NCBI RefSeq assembly: GCF_000002075.1
Contig: NW_004797322.1
Location: forward strand, 1,848,008-1,912,007
DNA length: 64,000 bases
From: Aplysia californica
Taxonomy: Eukaryota
Direction: 5' to 3'
The position numbers and the translations under genes are program-made. Under the pieces are notes generated by a model, which had not been told where the DNA came from, made no database searches, and was given only the letters and a program-made list of their open reading frames with translations. Below are positions 22,995-37,303 of the stretch, one piece after another (positions within the stretch are counted from its first letter, which is position 1; each line of letters starts with the position of its first letter).

Positions 22995-25524
22995 CACAGA
23001 ATTCTACACCTATAGAACGAGAACTGTACCACGTGACCTGTGAGGAATTGAAGACCAAAAACAATGGCGTCTTGAGGGCACGATTTATCGTTTTCGGAAG
23101 TAACCCTATAGCTTTTAAAGCAAGAGCGGCTTTTACAAACGAGTGAAAAGTGGAATATTTACTGCCCAGTTTGTAATTTTGAGTTACAGAATTCACTGTG
23201 CAACCTAGAGATTGGAATTAAGGTTTTAAATTGTTGTGTTTTTGGGTGCAACAACAGAAAAAGCAGACATAGAGAGTTTATAAATATAAGATCTACAGAA
23301 CTGTGAAAAAATTTGTAACATGGATGGGATTGTTCACAGCACTTCTAGCTTCCCACACACATTTAGCATACGCATATGGCCTACGGAATTTTTAGTAGCA
23401 AAACTTGTTACAAGAAATTTGTTTTACACTGAACATATTTTTTCACTAGATCTAATTAATGTTCTCAAAACATGCGTTCAATAATTAGCTTTATGTCGCC
23501 AGCAGAAGTAGAAAAAAGGTCGGACTTGCTTTTAAAAGAGATTTAGCTTCAGCTACAAACTTTTTAAAAATCTGTAGAAACCATTGACTGGGATTTTTTT
23601 TTTTATATTGGGTTAGTATTTATTAAAGAATTTTCTTTAAAGAAATTTCTAGAATAATATAGAACCTATAGAGATGTGTACAAATGTTTGAAAAAAATAC
23701 TCATCGGTTAAGACGAACTGATATAGATCCAAGTCATTGTGTAAAAGTAGGAGAATCTAGATCTAGGTGTTCGATAGTTCAGTAGCCTAGATATTTGATA
23801 ATAAGTTGCGCGACAAATTTTTGACCGCACGCTACAGTAGTAGAAATAGCATATTATATTCATCCGAAACATTAATTTCCGCATCCATACACCTTTTTGG
23901 GCCTTTATAAGCACATGTAGTCCTACTTTAATTATGTTACTTTCATAATTGTTTTTGATCCGTAACAAGAGACCACTTATTTTTTTATACGTGTTCATGA
24001 ATGTGTGTTTGTTTACTGTGTGCAGGGATTAAAAATTAAAGATTCTAGATCTGACGAATGTATTTATAAAATAGCGTAATAGTGCTGGGTTAGCCGATGC
24101 CTTGCGATACACGCTTTTATCAATTAATTGAATTGTAACAGGACTTCGATTTGATCCGTAACAAGACACCACTTATTTTTTCTTATACATGTTCAAAAAT
24201 GTGTGTTTGTTTACTGTGTGCAGGCATTAAAGATTCCAGGTCTGACGAATGTATTTATTAAATAGCATAGGCCTATAGGGCAGGGGTGGCCAACGCATTG
24301 CGATACGCACTTTTATCAATTAATCGAATTGAAACAGGACTTCAATTTGATCCGTAACAAGAGACCACTTATTTTTTCTTCTTCGTGTTCAAAATATGTG
24401 TTTGTTTACTGTGTGCCGGGATTACAGGGGGACAAGCCCATCCCCTCGACATGTGATCCAGGGTATGGGGATACATTTTTCTCAAAATGCACACAGCTCT
24501 GAAATCCTTGACCAGTGATCACTCACCATGGAACTCTTTCTGTTGTGACTGTAGACACAAGTTTCTTCATTATCACATCTGAATGAGCCTATCATTCATG
24601 CATTAGAAATCACACTCCCAAAACACAGAAAATGACTTTGAACATATATTCAGGAAACATATGCCAGTTCCACTCTAATTGTTTACTTTGTTTTGAATTA
24701 TTGGCTTTTATGTGTAAACCAATATTTTGAGGTCTTTTCTGCATTTTTGTGTTTTTGGCACCATGTACAAGGCCTATGTATTTTATGTGCAACCGACACA
24801 TTCTCCAATCTCTTGTATTTGTTAGACTCACACGTGCTTTAAACAAAGCATGTTGTTGTACACACTACTGATGTAAACTAAGAGATGAATTCTTAAAGTG
24901 AAAAATAATACATTTCCTCAATATAAGCTCAATTTATTTATCACTTTCTAGTAAATTGGAGGAAAGGCTTATATTGTTCTTTTTTGCTTGCTTTGGATGG
25001 CCTTAAGTTTAATGACAATATTATTGTAGTGAGCATGTTACTGTCAGCGTCCCCTTTATCGTATATCTAGTACTAATCAAGACTATATCTAGGTATTTTG
25101 ACAACAGAATTAATTTTCATAATTAGTGTTATTATCAAGTGTATTGTGATTGTGAAGATCTTTAGTAGATCTAGAGATATAGATCTATCTAGATCTAGAT
25201 CCCATCCCATCATTTAAAAAAAACAAAAAACAACAATACAAATACAAAAATATTGTAACATTGCCAATTATGACATATTGTTGGCAATAAAAATGTACTA
25301 GACTATTTCACTATATTTCCTCTTCGAAGAAAGTTTTAAAATACTGATGTAAGGTGTCTTCCAAGCCCTACCACTAGCATTAGCGTGCATAGCAACGCGA
25401 AGCCTCGCTGTGCGGCGCAGCCAAAGGTGCCCTCAACTGGCCGCCATGTTTTAGTTTCAATGCCTCACAGCGAATCAGCGATCGCAAAGAGGGAGTTCCG
25501 TTTCTATAAGTGTAGAATTCTGTG
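22995..25524 (+). mobile_element. P-element-like non-autonomous transposon, copy A
   Basis: TIR CACAGAATTCTACAC.TATAGAA; 8-bp TSD TTCTAGCT on both sides; THAP-like remnant LNCCVFGCNNR near 23227; internal ~196-bp tandem repeats. Confidence 0.88.
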
Positions 25525-26689
25525 TTCTAGCTTCAACTGACAGCAAATTTAGCTTCATTCAATAAAGGAGTTATGTGTTCTCTTTGACAGCTCTTCCATC
25601 CAACTTACTTGACTTTACAATGGGAACTCTCATTAAGATTCTCATCCGCAAGATCTCTGATGCCTCAAGGATGTGTATGACTCAATAAGGTTTATAACCC
25701 CTTGTCTGCTAACGACCTGCCCATCCCCATTTAAGAAAAACAGGAGCTGTGTTTGACATAGTTCCCTTCTTTGAAGGGCCAATCTTGCTTACTATAAGCC
25801 CTAGATATAGAAAAGTATCAAATTAAAGAGCAATCAATGTTCAATTCAAAGATAGTTTTTTTTTTCTTTCTTGAAATAACTTCCTTGCTCCTTCATCCAT
25901 ACTACAGAAACATTCTCAAAGTGGTTTGACGAGACAGTCAGGTCTTTTATATAAAAACTAGCTGGGACCCCTTTCGATGAAAGGAATGATCGGTGCATTA
26001 ACATCAACTGAAAGTCATTGGCCTAAGAAGGTCTAGATCTAGATCTATACTCTCAAAACAAAATGTGCCTCCCGAAATATCACTTCCGGGTTTTCTAAAA
26101 TTACAGAGACAGAAGCGTGGGCCTACAAAAAGCGACCGGCGAAATAAAGAAATTTAGCTTTTTGCAGCAAAACTGTATCAAAACTGAAAAAACCAAAGGC
26201 GTCATGATCTGGAGAATATTGTTTAAAAAATTTTGGCGAAAACCGCATGTTGATCGATGAAGCCATTAAAACGTCTTTTGAATAGCAAAATTCGGCCACC
26301 ACAAATATATAATAGAAACCCAATATCACAACACAGTTACGACGCACAAATCCATTTTCCGCCAAAAAGGCACACTCTAACAGGCTGGCTTTGTCTTTTG
26401 CCCCCCAAACACTACACATCTCTTTTTGTTATAAGTTAAAGACACCTTCACTGGCGATTCCCATATATAGAAGCCTAAAAATAGACATGATGGCATCCGC
26501 AAGACAACAATGAAGACAACGATACAACTCCCTTAATTTAAAACAGAGTAGAAATGAAGATATGAACAAAATAAAACATGGGTTTTCAAGAGCATACCAT
26601 GTTTGGGTACAACACAGCGTCTAATTATTAGGGCATACCAGGTACGCTCAAGCGCAGGAAAATAGTCTTAGATACTATTTTTTTTTTCA

Positions 26690-27075
26690 TAGTAGAGGGT
26701 TTTACGGCGCTCGCAACTGCATAAGGTTATATGAGCGCCAAGGGGTGGGTGTCAACAGAGAAGTCTTTACAGGGAATCAGACTTAGACAGCTCACCTCTC
26801 TAGCTTCAACAGCATAAGGTCTGCTTCGACTATCAAGGCACCCCAAAATAGCAGGTCACAAGAGAGTGACAAACATACAAAAGAAGTAGAGGAAAATGAC
26901 AATTGTAAAGATCAGGAAAGAAAAAGCAGCAGTTCCCTGTTGTAGATCAGGCACAGCTATGAGCGTGACATGAATCAGCCCATTTACAATTCTACTGTGC
27001 TTGAACGAGAAATGTCCCTCCTTTGGGAATGGCCTAAAGACACTACAGTCAGTGGCACTGCCCCGGGGGCTTTAG
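26690..27075 (-). mobile_element. Retroposon 3'-end family (probable LINE 3'UTR); also at ~36290-36590 plus 37310-37376, and 37890-38255
   Basis: Three highly similar copies ending ...ATGACCTTATGCAGTTGCGAGCGCCGTAAAA plus an A-rich tail. Confidence 0.75.
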
Positions 27076-27295
27076 ATACTATGGAGTTTTGTTATTCATT
27101 AACTTGCGATGTGGACCTTTTGAAAAAGAAGTTGATGAAGAAGATAACAATAAAAAGATTATCAAATGATGGTAATGTGATCGTGAAGGTGTATATGAAA
27201 GTGGAAATCTTTACTGAATGCACAAAACCCTCAGCAAGAGAGTACAAAAAACTGTTAGGAAGCTTTATAAAAGTATCCCATGACACAAATCCAAC

Positions 27296-27498
27296 CTGCT
27301 AGGATAGTACTCAGCCATCCTGATGAGCATGTTGAGTATGAGTGTTGCCATGTCTGTCTCATTCATTGCAGCTTGACCAGTAGCCAGCAGAGTCCATTTT
27401 AGCTGTGGCACTAACTGCATAGGCCGCCAACCATCCATACCTTGGGCCCAGCATCGTGTCTTGGCATGAAGTGTGCCTTCTTCATAAAAAGCTTTCAT
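27296..27498 (-). CDS. DNAJC13: DNAJC13 exon (MKAFYEEG...[11 protein letters not shown]...YYPSR; GYF-like region)
   Basis: ORF 27265-27516; CAG/GTTGG; 203 bp. Confidence 0.95.
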
Positions 27499-28335
27499 CT
27501 GTGGCACATTCATCAATACATTGAAGGTTTCTCATGCATCCTGTATGTCTTTAGAAACAATATTCAAAAATAGTAAGTTCAGTCTGTCTAATCAGCTGAC
27601 ATATTAAAGGATATTAACACAATCATGTTGACCAGCAAGGAGTGATTTTCAAAATTCTGGTCAATAAGGGATCTCGTTAATTTATTTTATTTACCTTAAA
27701 GTTTCCATCTTAAATTCATAAAAAGATCATATAAATTATTGTATGAGTAGTCAGAATTGAGCCAGCTTGCAACAGAACTTTTCCTAAAAATGTGGTTAGA
27801 ACATTAAGTCGATGCTTTGTGTATGCTGATGTGAAGGGTCAAGAGCTGTTATCATCATTGCCCTGGTGTAGTTTACTAAAACATATAATACAAACAAACA
27901 ATTTTTCAGGAACCTGATAGGACGAGAGTAGCAGAGAATACAAATAAAAGTAACCGACAATTCTAGAGAGCCCACCATACACTCGAAGATTCACAAAACA
28001 GATCATGGAGAAATAAATAAAAGGTTTTTAGTTGAATATGTACATTACATCACTAGGAACACAATACAGTAAGTCACTTAAAAATCAAAGCATAGAATAA
28101 GAGAACAGCAACTATAAAAAAAAAGCAGGACAATGTGGTACAACAAAGTGTGCACCACAAAGCTTTAGATAGATTGCTGTTTATGAGAGTCAGTATGCTG
28201 ATGACCACATTTCCCCAGAAAACAACTTGGCAAAAAGTCATATGGTAAAGAAGAAGAAGCAAACTGTACCAGGTGCTAACTCATCATTCATTTGTAATCA
28301 CCCATGAAGAGAAAGGTAAAAAGAAATAGCAACAC

Positions 28336-28518
28336 CAACTACCTGCCACCCACTTACAGAGGTTTGTAAAAGTAATTTAAAAAATTCAAATTCAGGAACA
28401 AAAATGAAAGTAAAATATAATAAATCAACTACCTGCCACCCACTTACAGAGGTTTGTAAAAGTAATTTTAAAAATTCAAATTCAGGAACAAAAATGAAAG
28501 TAAAATATAATAAATCAA
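28336..28518. repeat. 90-bp tandem duplication
   Basis: CAACTACCTGCCACCCAC... at 28336 and 28426. Confidence 0.95.
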
Positions 28519-28769
28519 TGACAATGAAAATAAAAAAGACTTTGGAATGAATATGCTTGCATGCCTGGAGAAAAGTATCAAAAGACACATATTCTTGAAC
28601 TGAGTTACACTACAATTAAGGTCAACTGCGAGTTCCTTCAAACAATAGTTTTTTTTAGCCATTTATCTACTGATATTTTCAAGGATTTGTGAAATTTACA
28701 CTGAAAATGTATTTTTGAAGATGTTTTTTTTTCTTAAAAAGTCACGTTCACCACCTCGAAGTAAAAGAT

Positions 28770-31320
28770 CTGTGACAGACATTGGTGATCATGGTTCTCC
28801 ATTTATTCCCTTGCTCTGACGTTCTCAAGAAAGCTACATTATCCTGATCTTTCCCCATCACCCATCTGTTTGGCTCTCCAGGTAGGTTGCTCTGGGTCTA
28901 CTCCAGCCTCGTTTGCCTTCAATTTTGCCAGTGAGAGCTAGATGTTCAAAGCCTTTATGTCTATTTAAGTGTCCCAGAAACTGCATTTGTCTTTTCCTAA
29001 TTATTTTATTTTTCAGTGAGCGGCCCACATTAACATTGTTATGATGAATATAGCATTTCTTGTGCTCTTGTCAGGACCAAAGACAAATTGTGTTTTAGAT
29101 ATTTCTAGTCTTTGACTTTTTCTCATTCTTCCAATTAGTTCAAGCAACTGGTGATTTAGGAAAAGCTATAAAAACTGATTTTATCACATCTTCTAGAACA
29201 TCACCACTGTTATAGATAGAATTAAAGAGCTTTGTTTTTTCAGTGCCTTGTTTTTCTAGAATGACAATCACTTCAACTGTGATATTTTCTGGCCTGTGGC
29301 TTTTCCTGGTTTCGTTGTTTTTTTATGGCAGCTTGTACTTCTGCTTTCAGTATTGGTGGACCATTTATTTATTTCTCTATTACCAGTTTTTCTCCTCTAT
29401 TGTCTTTGAAAATTCTTTTGTCTTCTGACCATCTGTCAAAGATATCCACTTTTTCCATTAAAATATCTCTTCCTTTTGATCTTATGCACTCTGTATTTGA
29501 GCATTCTTTCATCCCACTTACTTCTTTGATTCTGGAATGAATGTACAGGGTGATCCAATAAAAACTACAACTTTTTTGGTTAATATTTTCCTCTACAAAG
29601 AAGTTTTGCATTTCAAATTTGTACACATTTGGAAGCCTATGAATTTGTCTGATATTCCTTTTAGATAAATCCACAGAATAGTTTTGCTCTACATAGTGTG
29701 CAAAAAAACAACCGATTTTCAGCTGAGCATGGCGCACTAGTTCGCATTAGGCATACCACTAAAAATCCCAGCGATAGTGCCATATAAATAATATTGCAAA
29801 CTACAGTAGTCTAACAGGCCAACAGAAGTTTGCAGATAGTTTTTCTCAAGTTTCCTTAGCCTGCTGAGATCATGGTTAAGATAAGTAAAAAGCAGATAGC
29901 TCTTTGTATTGAAAAATTCCTCACCACCAACTCATTTCGTAAGTTTAGCCCAAGGTACGGAAATAATGTTAAGAGCCATTAAGGCCTTTTTTGATGTCGA
30001 GGGTGCAAATGCCATCAGTTAGGACCTGTAGAGAATCAGAACTAAAAATTCCCAGACAAAACGACCACTTCAGGTCAAACATGCACTGTTCGCACCCCTT
30101 TAAACGTCACCAGGGTGCAAAATTCAGTAGATGAGCCCTATGAGACGTCTGTCCATAGACAATGTCTGCAGCAATGACTTTCCTACATCTCAACGGTCCA
30201 CATTATCAGGGCAGATCTTCATCTACGACTGTACCATTTTCCCGTATGCGAAGCTATCAGAGGACAGCAATGTGATCATGATACCTCGATTGTTTTGAAA
30301 AGCGTGAACATTTCTTCTATAACATTTTGTTCCTTCGCAAAGCCCATATTCACCTTTCAGGTTATATCAACTCCACAAATGCTGTCTATCTGGGCAACCT
30401 CACCCCCTTCTCCCTTACATTGTATCTAGAAACAGCTCCATACTGTGAGGTGTACCAGGTGTGTGACTTCGAGTACTCATGGTTGAGTGGATCCTTGTGT
30501 TTGACACCACTGAACATTGCGAACGACGCATTAAAATGGGTCGAGACCAAATGAGGACATATAAACAATCAGTTCTCGGAATTTCATAATTTAAACAATA
30601 TTTTTTAACTCTGCAGGAGAAAAGAAACACTGTTAAAGGTTACAGGGATGGAAAGATTAGATTTAAAGAGTAAAATGAAAGGAAAATACGAACAAATCAT
30701 CTCATGATCTTTTAAATTTTAAATTTTGCAATTATTGGTGGTTTGTGTAAATGCCATTTCCATTTTCAAAAGTAAGTTTCTTCTTTGTGAATTTTATGTC
30801 AAACAAATTCCTTTTGAATGAATTATATCTGTTCCAAATTCCAACATTCTAGTACAAATTTTGTGCGAGATATTTAGAAAAAAAGTTGTACTGTTTTGGG
30901 GTTTTTTTTGGATCACCCTGTATTTGCTATCTTTGTTTTGACTTCTCTCTATTTGTTGACAGTGATCATTTATCCATGCTTCTTTCGCTTCATGTCCACA
31001 TTTGATTTTGTCTGCCTTCTCTCTTTCATTAGTTCATAGCTGGATCATGTTAACGCTATTATATTTGTTTATCAGATTACAGCAGTGGTTTCCCATTGCC
31101 TGCTGCCAGTTTGTGTAGTTTTCTCTGCTAGCCTTTCATCATCCATTGACAACCCACAAAGAAGAGGGGGCTTTGGTATGATTTATGGCACTTCCCTTTG
31201 CCAAGATGATCCCTTCTTTGAGGACATGCAGTATTTATTGAAGCACCTGTATCACCAGGGTTCTCCTCTGCTCTATACGACCATCTCCCATTCGGTTCGC
31301 AACTGCTTAACAGTAATGTA
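28770..31320 (-). mobile_element. Degraded, internally deleted RTE LINE split by a Tc1/mariner element
   Basis: 3' end is similar to 46030-46530. Linker peptide IKEVSG..CIRSKGRDILMEKVDIFDRWSE at ~29430-29530, resuming after 30922. Confidence 0.6.
29546..30920 (+). mobile_element. Degenerate Tc1/mariner-superfamily element
   Basis: TA|CAGGGTGATCCAA...TTGGATCACCCTG|TA; remnant AHIHLSGYINS. Confidence 0.8.
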
Positions 31321-32038
31321 ATGACGAAAATTGCATGACAACATTTTTTTAGTCTACTTTGTGGAAGGCTTCTACGACTCATTCATAAAAACAACCCCAT
31401 TAAACTGCATACCAAAATTTATGTCAGATTTCTCAAGCTGTGAACTGTGCATGAAAGTATCAAAACAGTAAAAATGAAAGGCTTTAGTAAGCATTTTACC
31501 ACACTTGCAACACAATCAAGTCATGTAAGAGCTGGAGATTAGGGGTTTAGGGGTGTTACAAGAGAAAAACAAACACAAAAAGAAGGAAGAGAGATAACGA
31601 CGAAAGATGTTTGAAAGAAAGAAGAAGCAAACCACGTCAGAGTACCCGTCAACCAACCGTTGATGGGACATTTTGCTCATTTGTGTCCCATTATAATTAA
31701 TGAGCAAAGGAAAGCCACAAAGACTTTTTAATTGTCAAAAACAGCTTTTTAAAGTTAAAAGGGTTTTGGAGAAAAAAAAACATTTGGCCGATAGATCAAA
31801 ATTCATTCGGAATAGAACTCAATCCAGATGTAAAAGGGAAACTAAAAGCCATTTTATTCAAAACATTGCTTCTGCATCCTACCCAACAATATTAACCAGA
31901 TCTAACAAAGTACTTAAACTACTATCTAAAAAAATTCAAGAGGCAAATTGTTCAAAAACAATTTTTTGTACCAGAAATGGAAATAAAATGTAGTGCCTCA
32001 AAATGCGTCATCCGGTACCTTTCACCAGGTACACACAC

Positions 32039-32040
<2 letters not shown>

Positions 32041-32085
<45 letters not shown>
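32041..32085. repeat. (TAA)n microsatellite
   Basis: Direct inspection. Confidence 0.95.
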
Positions 32086-32155
32086 GAAGTAGAATACTTT
32101 GGTTTTAATTTATTCGAGACAAAATACATTAAACTGTTCCTGACAAAACTCCCAC

Positions 32156-32260
32156 CTCTTCAAAACTGAAAGGTCCAAGACGTTCCTTCTCTTTGTTCCC
32201 AAAGTACCACTCTTTCTCACTGTCTCTCTGCATGTCAGGAGAAGCCTCGATCACATTGGT
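32156..32260 (-). CDS. DNAJC13: DNAJC13 exon (TNVIEASPDMQRDSEKEWYFGNKEKERLGPFSFEE)
   Basis: Within ORF 32129-32341; CAG/GTGGG; 105 bp. Confidence 0.94.
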
Positions 32261-34224
32261 CTGGGGAGAAAATAGATGACCATAGTGACATTGAGACAGT
32301 AACACAAAGCCCAAGAGCATCCTAGTAAAGCAGTATGACATTGGATTTGTAGTTGTGTTTGGGTGAACTGACGAGCGGGTTTGTTACTCACGAACACAGT
32401 CACAGCAAGCAAGTAATAGATGGCCATGCAGATAGACTACAAACTTCAAGACAATTCGTTTTTTGGTTCTGCTGCACAATTACATTCACTCATTGGGCGT
32501 GGGCAGGGAAAAAATGAATTCTAGCAGACAAAATACTGAACCTATTGTTTGCAATTTGTTTCAAGCCCTAGCAGAGCCACTGGAAGTGAGAGGCTAGAGG
32601 CGTAGCACTGTAAGTTGACTGTGAGTGTTACCTTTCACTGCCTTTGTGAGCTGCACTGTGAGCATTCTAATTTGTCACCAAAGTAAAAATTTTTTAAAAC
32701 CGCAACGTCTTGGGATAAAAATACCCTCCACGATCGGCACTAAGCTACTACGTTGAACCACTATGATGAGAGCACAGTATGTGGGGGGGGGTATATATTG
32801 GAATACGCGTTGTGTCACACTTGCCTTAATGTATCTCTCTCTTCATAACAAAGATTAGTACACGACAAAGTAGTAGTAGTATGCTATACAAGGAGTCTGT
32901 CCGTCAGCCTGTCTGCCCACTCACTAAATGCCAGAGATGCAACAAACGCATTTTCACAAGCTGACAGTTCATTATCCATCCTTTCATTTGCGAGTATTAC
33001 CAGGGAACCATTCGTTACTCGCAGAGGCTGAATTAGCAAGCCTGACCCCACACTACCTTGTAGAGGAAAAAGTTGTGAGATCGGGTGCCAGCTCTGTTGA
33101 TTCAGAGGTTTCATCTTCAAGTGCAGTACTCTACCCTGTTTTCCTCAGTTTGTCCAACTGTTTATGGGTACTTGAAGTTTTTTTAAGAAGTCACACGATT
33201 GTATTTGTTAGTTATATATTTGACTACATTGCAGTCTCATAGGCACAGACAACATTGTGTTTGAGATGCGTAGTGCTACTACTTGGTGAACATAAGCTAT
33301 ATATTTCAACCACCTATGTGCATAAAGACAAATTTTACAGGAGAAACAAAATACTTTTTTTCAAAAAAATTTAAATATGCAGAAAAACAGATTGTTTCGG
33401 GCTTTATCAATTTATATAGAAGGAACCACAGTGTATCAAGAAGGATGACAGTCAAATTTTGTATACAAGGTGCATGCTTATAAAGAAACACAGTTTCTAT
33501 TGTCTAGAGCAGATATGAACACTAATGTTTATTTACACTTATATTCTATTATCTATATTGCCAGAGTTGAAAAATGTTTGTTGAGACATTTTTTGATATT
33601 TAATTTTCTTCTCACCTTCCAACATGACTGACTTCAAGAGCGTATAACAAAATATTCCAACATGCTGATGAGAAAAAGGATCATTACTACGTATACCTTG
33701 CTACACTTCTTAGTTTATGTTGAAAATTACCAAAAACTGAACCAGCCCAGACAAAGCTGTTTCAGCCTGCTGACCCCCTGACCCCCAAGGAGATAAGGCA
33801 CTTGGTGTAGAATCCCAAACATTAATCAAAGTTCCGGAGGGCTCAGCATTTCTACAGGTCTGGCCAAAAACAGGTGTGGTCAAAAACAGGTGTCAAGATG
33901 TGTCAAATGCTTAGTCATGACTGACAAAAAAAAGAATTGGTATGGCAGTGGACTAAGTCATCAGTAGAACATACCTGAGGCAAGACTGATTGTCTAATAA
34001 CAATTGAAAGAGAATCTTAATGGAATCTTCGTAACCCATTAAAATAGTGCTATATATGACACTTAATATAAAGAAAATGTACAAAATTTACTTTCAAAAA
34101 AGAAAAATTGTTTCACTAGTCCTCAATACAGGAGGAACTGAACATAAATACATAAACTCTGAGTGCTGTATAAAAATAAGTGACGACGGTCATAAAGTGC
34201 ATGGAAAAAGCAATTTGTATTTTT

Positions 34225-34690
34225 GGTTCTGGTAAGTGTTTTATGGCGTTCGCAACTGCATTAAAGTCATAATTGAATTTTGCCAGGGTGGCGGCCGAAG
34301 CCTACTCTCATTCAAATTTTAAAACCACCAAGGGATCTTTAAAGAGCACAACTTGCACAGGAGACCTCCAAGATTTTTCACCCATATCCGAGAAAGCTAG
34401 GCGTTAGATCTAACCTATCATACGATCAAGGGGTGTGGCTGAAAGACAGCAGTAAGAAGGAGCCAAAAAGTAGCAGCAGAAAGGCTGCAGAAAGAGCCAG
34501 GAGCCCAGAGGACGAGGGGGAGAAAATGGAGAAAAAATCAGACAAAAGAACATGGATAGAAAGCAGGAAAGGAGATGGAAGGAGAAAAATTTTAAGATGA
34601 AAATTTTCCATTGCTGTCAGGTCTCAAACAGGGGACCTATTGAATGAGAGGCCAACACCGTAACCTCTAGACAAAGAGAACCTCTGGAAA
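34225..34690 (-). mobile_element. tRNA-derived SINE, diverged full-length copy
   Basis: Reverse-complement similarity to 48947-49470, including head and tail. Confidence 0.8.
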
Positions 34691-34923
34691 AAGCAAGACA
34701 GAATGAAATGAGAAGGGGGGGGGGGGGGGGGGAGGGGAGTACTATCAATTGCACCCCCAAAGCATTCTGATTTCAAATACCAAATGGGAAAAATTTACAT
34801 ATGGTTGACTCCAGACAAATAATCATGCACATAATCAGTAAAACATGCAATTTTGGATGGACAGTTCTCTCTCAAACAAATGAAGAAAGAAGAAAATTGT
34901 TACAAAGAGAAATAGGTTCATAC

Positions 34924-35088
34924 CTGCAGAGGCACAACAGCTCTGGTAGTGTGTAAGTGTGCCAGGGTCAGTAGGTCCACAAGCGTCTTGACCCCATTGG
35001 CATCCATGATCTCCTTCACATTCCGCTGGTGCAGAATCAGTCGATTCAAGAAGATGATCAGACGGTCACGCTCCAGCCGGTCAGTGCA
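34924..35088 (-). CDS. DNAJC13: DNAJC13 exon ([17 protein letters not shown]...[14 protein letters not shown])
   Basis: Hand translation; CAG/GTATG; 165 bp. Confidence 0.95.
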
Positions 35089-36595
35089 CTGTCACCACAA
35101 AAAATTGATGGCTTTTTCATTTCTCTTTTATCCCCTTAGTTCCCACTAATACAATCTGGGGTCATTCACTATTTAAACAGTGAGAATAAAAGAAAAGCTC
35201 TACACATGCAGGTTCGGCTGTATACTCTAAGGTATGAATAAAAGGGGCGGGGGGAGACAGGGGGTCCAAAATAAATAAGGTACATGCTTATAATAAAGAA
35301 ACACAGCTTTGTATTATCTAAAGCAGATATGAACACTAATGTTTATTTGCACTTATATTCTATTATCCATCATATTGCCAGAATTGGTTGAAAAATGGGG
35401 GTGGGGGGTGTGGAATAAAAAGGATGTGTGTGGCACATTCAACCTCATACCCCTGTACTAGTAGGAACAAATCTGTTTCATTTCTCTTTCAGTGAATAAA
35501 AAGAACAAGAGATCATGAAATTTTAGTGATGCGACAACTTTTCCCATTTAGGAACAAACCAGTTTCATTAAAAAATATAAACCAAAGTACAAAAGTTTTT
35601 AAAATGCACAGAAAATTGAGGAAGCCAACCCGGTCCGAATACCGAGGGTAATTTGCCATTTACAATAGAAAAAAAAGAAGTTTCATTCAGATATCTATGT
35701 TGCACATGATCGTCGATCATGGCAAGCTGGAAAATAATAAACAGGGCGTATGGAACAAGGAGTGGGGGGTGCTAAAAAAAAAAATGGACACTACTGGGGG
35801 CAACGCTTATTCGATACCTTAGTGTAGTGCAAGACAATGCACTTGAGAGGAAAGCACAAACCCTCTGAAAAATTTTAACTTACAGCCTATCAGTCATATT
35901 TGTCTTTGCTTTTTCCAGAGTACCCGCCATTTCATGAATATTTTTAAAAGCACGGCGATGTAACAGACATAGAATCACAAATATAGCTATGGTAATAACA
36001 TGCTGAAATACATTCTGAACTGGGAAACCACTGAGGCTATGCCAAATGTTGGCAGTTAGAACAAAATTTGACCTCAACATATGTGGCAGGGGCAGCCAGT
36101 GAGTAAACCAAGATACAAGTTGGAAGCAGCATTACGTCAGTCAGCTGTAATATGTCACAAGCCTAATATTTTGAAATTTTTTAATTCCATGGTATCGGCT
36201 GTAGGTGCTCAAGAAATATTTTGTCAAAATTCCAGTTCTAGATGGTAAAAAAGCAAGAAAATATCAAATTTCAGAAGTTTTGTTTGTTTTAGTAAGGTTT
36301 TACGGCGCTCGCAATGGCATAAGGTCATATGAGCGCTAAGAGGTGGAATGTCAACAGAGAAGTCGAAACCTCTCTAACCTCAACAGCACAAAGTCTGCTT
36401 CGGCTATCAAGACACCCCGAAAATAACAGTTCACAAGAGAGTGACAAACATACAAAAGAAGTAAAGGAAAAATGACGATAGTAAGGATGAGGAAAGTAAA
36501 AGCAACAGTTCCCCCTAAGTTGTTCCAGCACAGCATAGGCATTACATTGATAAATCAGCCCATTTACAATTCTACTATGCATAAGAACATGTTAA

Positions 36596-37303
36596 CCTCT
36601 TCGCTGCTGTGCCTGTAGAATTTACGAGCCTGAACCGTGTAGCGCTGTGCCTGTGGCCCGTGGAATTTACGGGACTATGACAGAGGTAGTGTTGATACCA
36701 ATTATAACAGAAGTTACTGCTAAAATCTTGTAATTATTATTGAGATACCTTCCCATTATGTTTACCACCATTTCACCTCCCCCCCCCAAATTTGATTTGA
36801 AAGCGTCAGATTCAGATTTTAGCTCAAAGAGAAGATTAGATCTAGATCTAAACCAACACATCTACCGCACAAAAATGATTTATTGACCGTAAATACAGAT
36901 GGGCTTACATGTATATGTATGGATGGTAGGAGCGTTGTATAAGGTCGGAAAAGCCTCTTGTCACTTCCTCTTTACCTGCAGACACTCATAAAGTGCATTT
37001 CCCCTTTTTTTTTTTGCCTCAGTTAATCATTACTGAAATGTGCATTGTTTTATGTTGTTCGGTGGTGTTGCTTTTGGGATCATGTTACTAACTCCAACTT
37101 TTCTCCATCTATATCTAAATAAAATCTCCCCAAAATTATATCAACAGTAATATGGTACAATGTAGAATGTACACGCAGAAATTCATGAGAAAATAATCAT
37201 AAATAAAAAAGTTATGGGAGGTAGAGTGGGGTCATCCTGAGCAGCATTGGTTCGTGGGATTTCCCCCGGCACAGGGGTCTATTTACCTGCCACGTTGAAG
37301 GGG
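36596..37303. mobile_element. piggyBac-like MITE inserted in a retroposon tail copy
   Basis: TTAA|CCTCTTC...GAAGGGG|TTAA; the host repeat resumes after 37310. Confidence 0.7.

Noticed and set aside
22995-23020. CACAG... TIR as another RSS-like end
   Set aside because: The TIRs are symmetric, with 8-bp TSDs and a THAP-like remnant, which points to the P superfamily.
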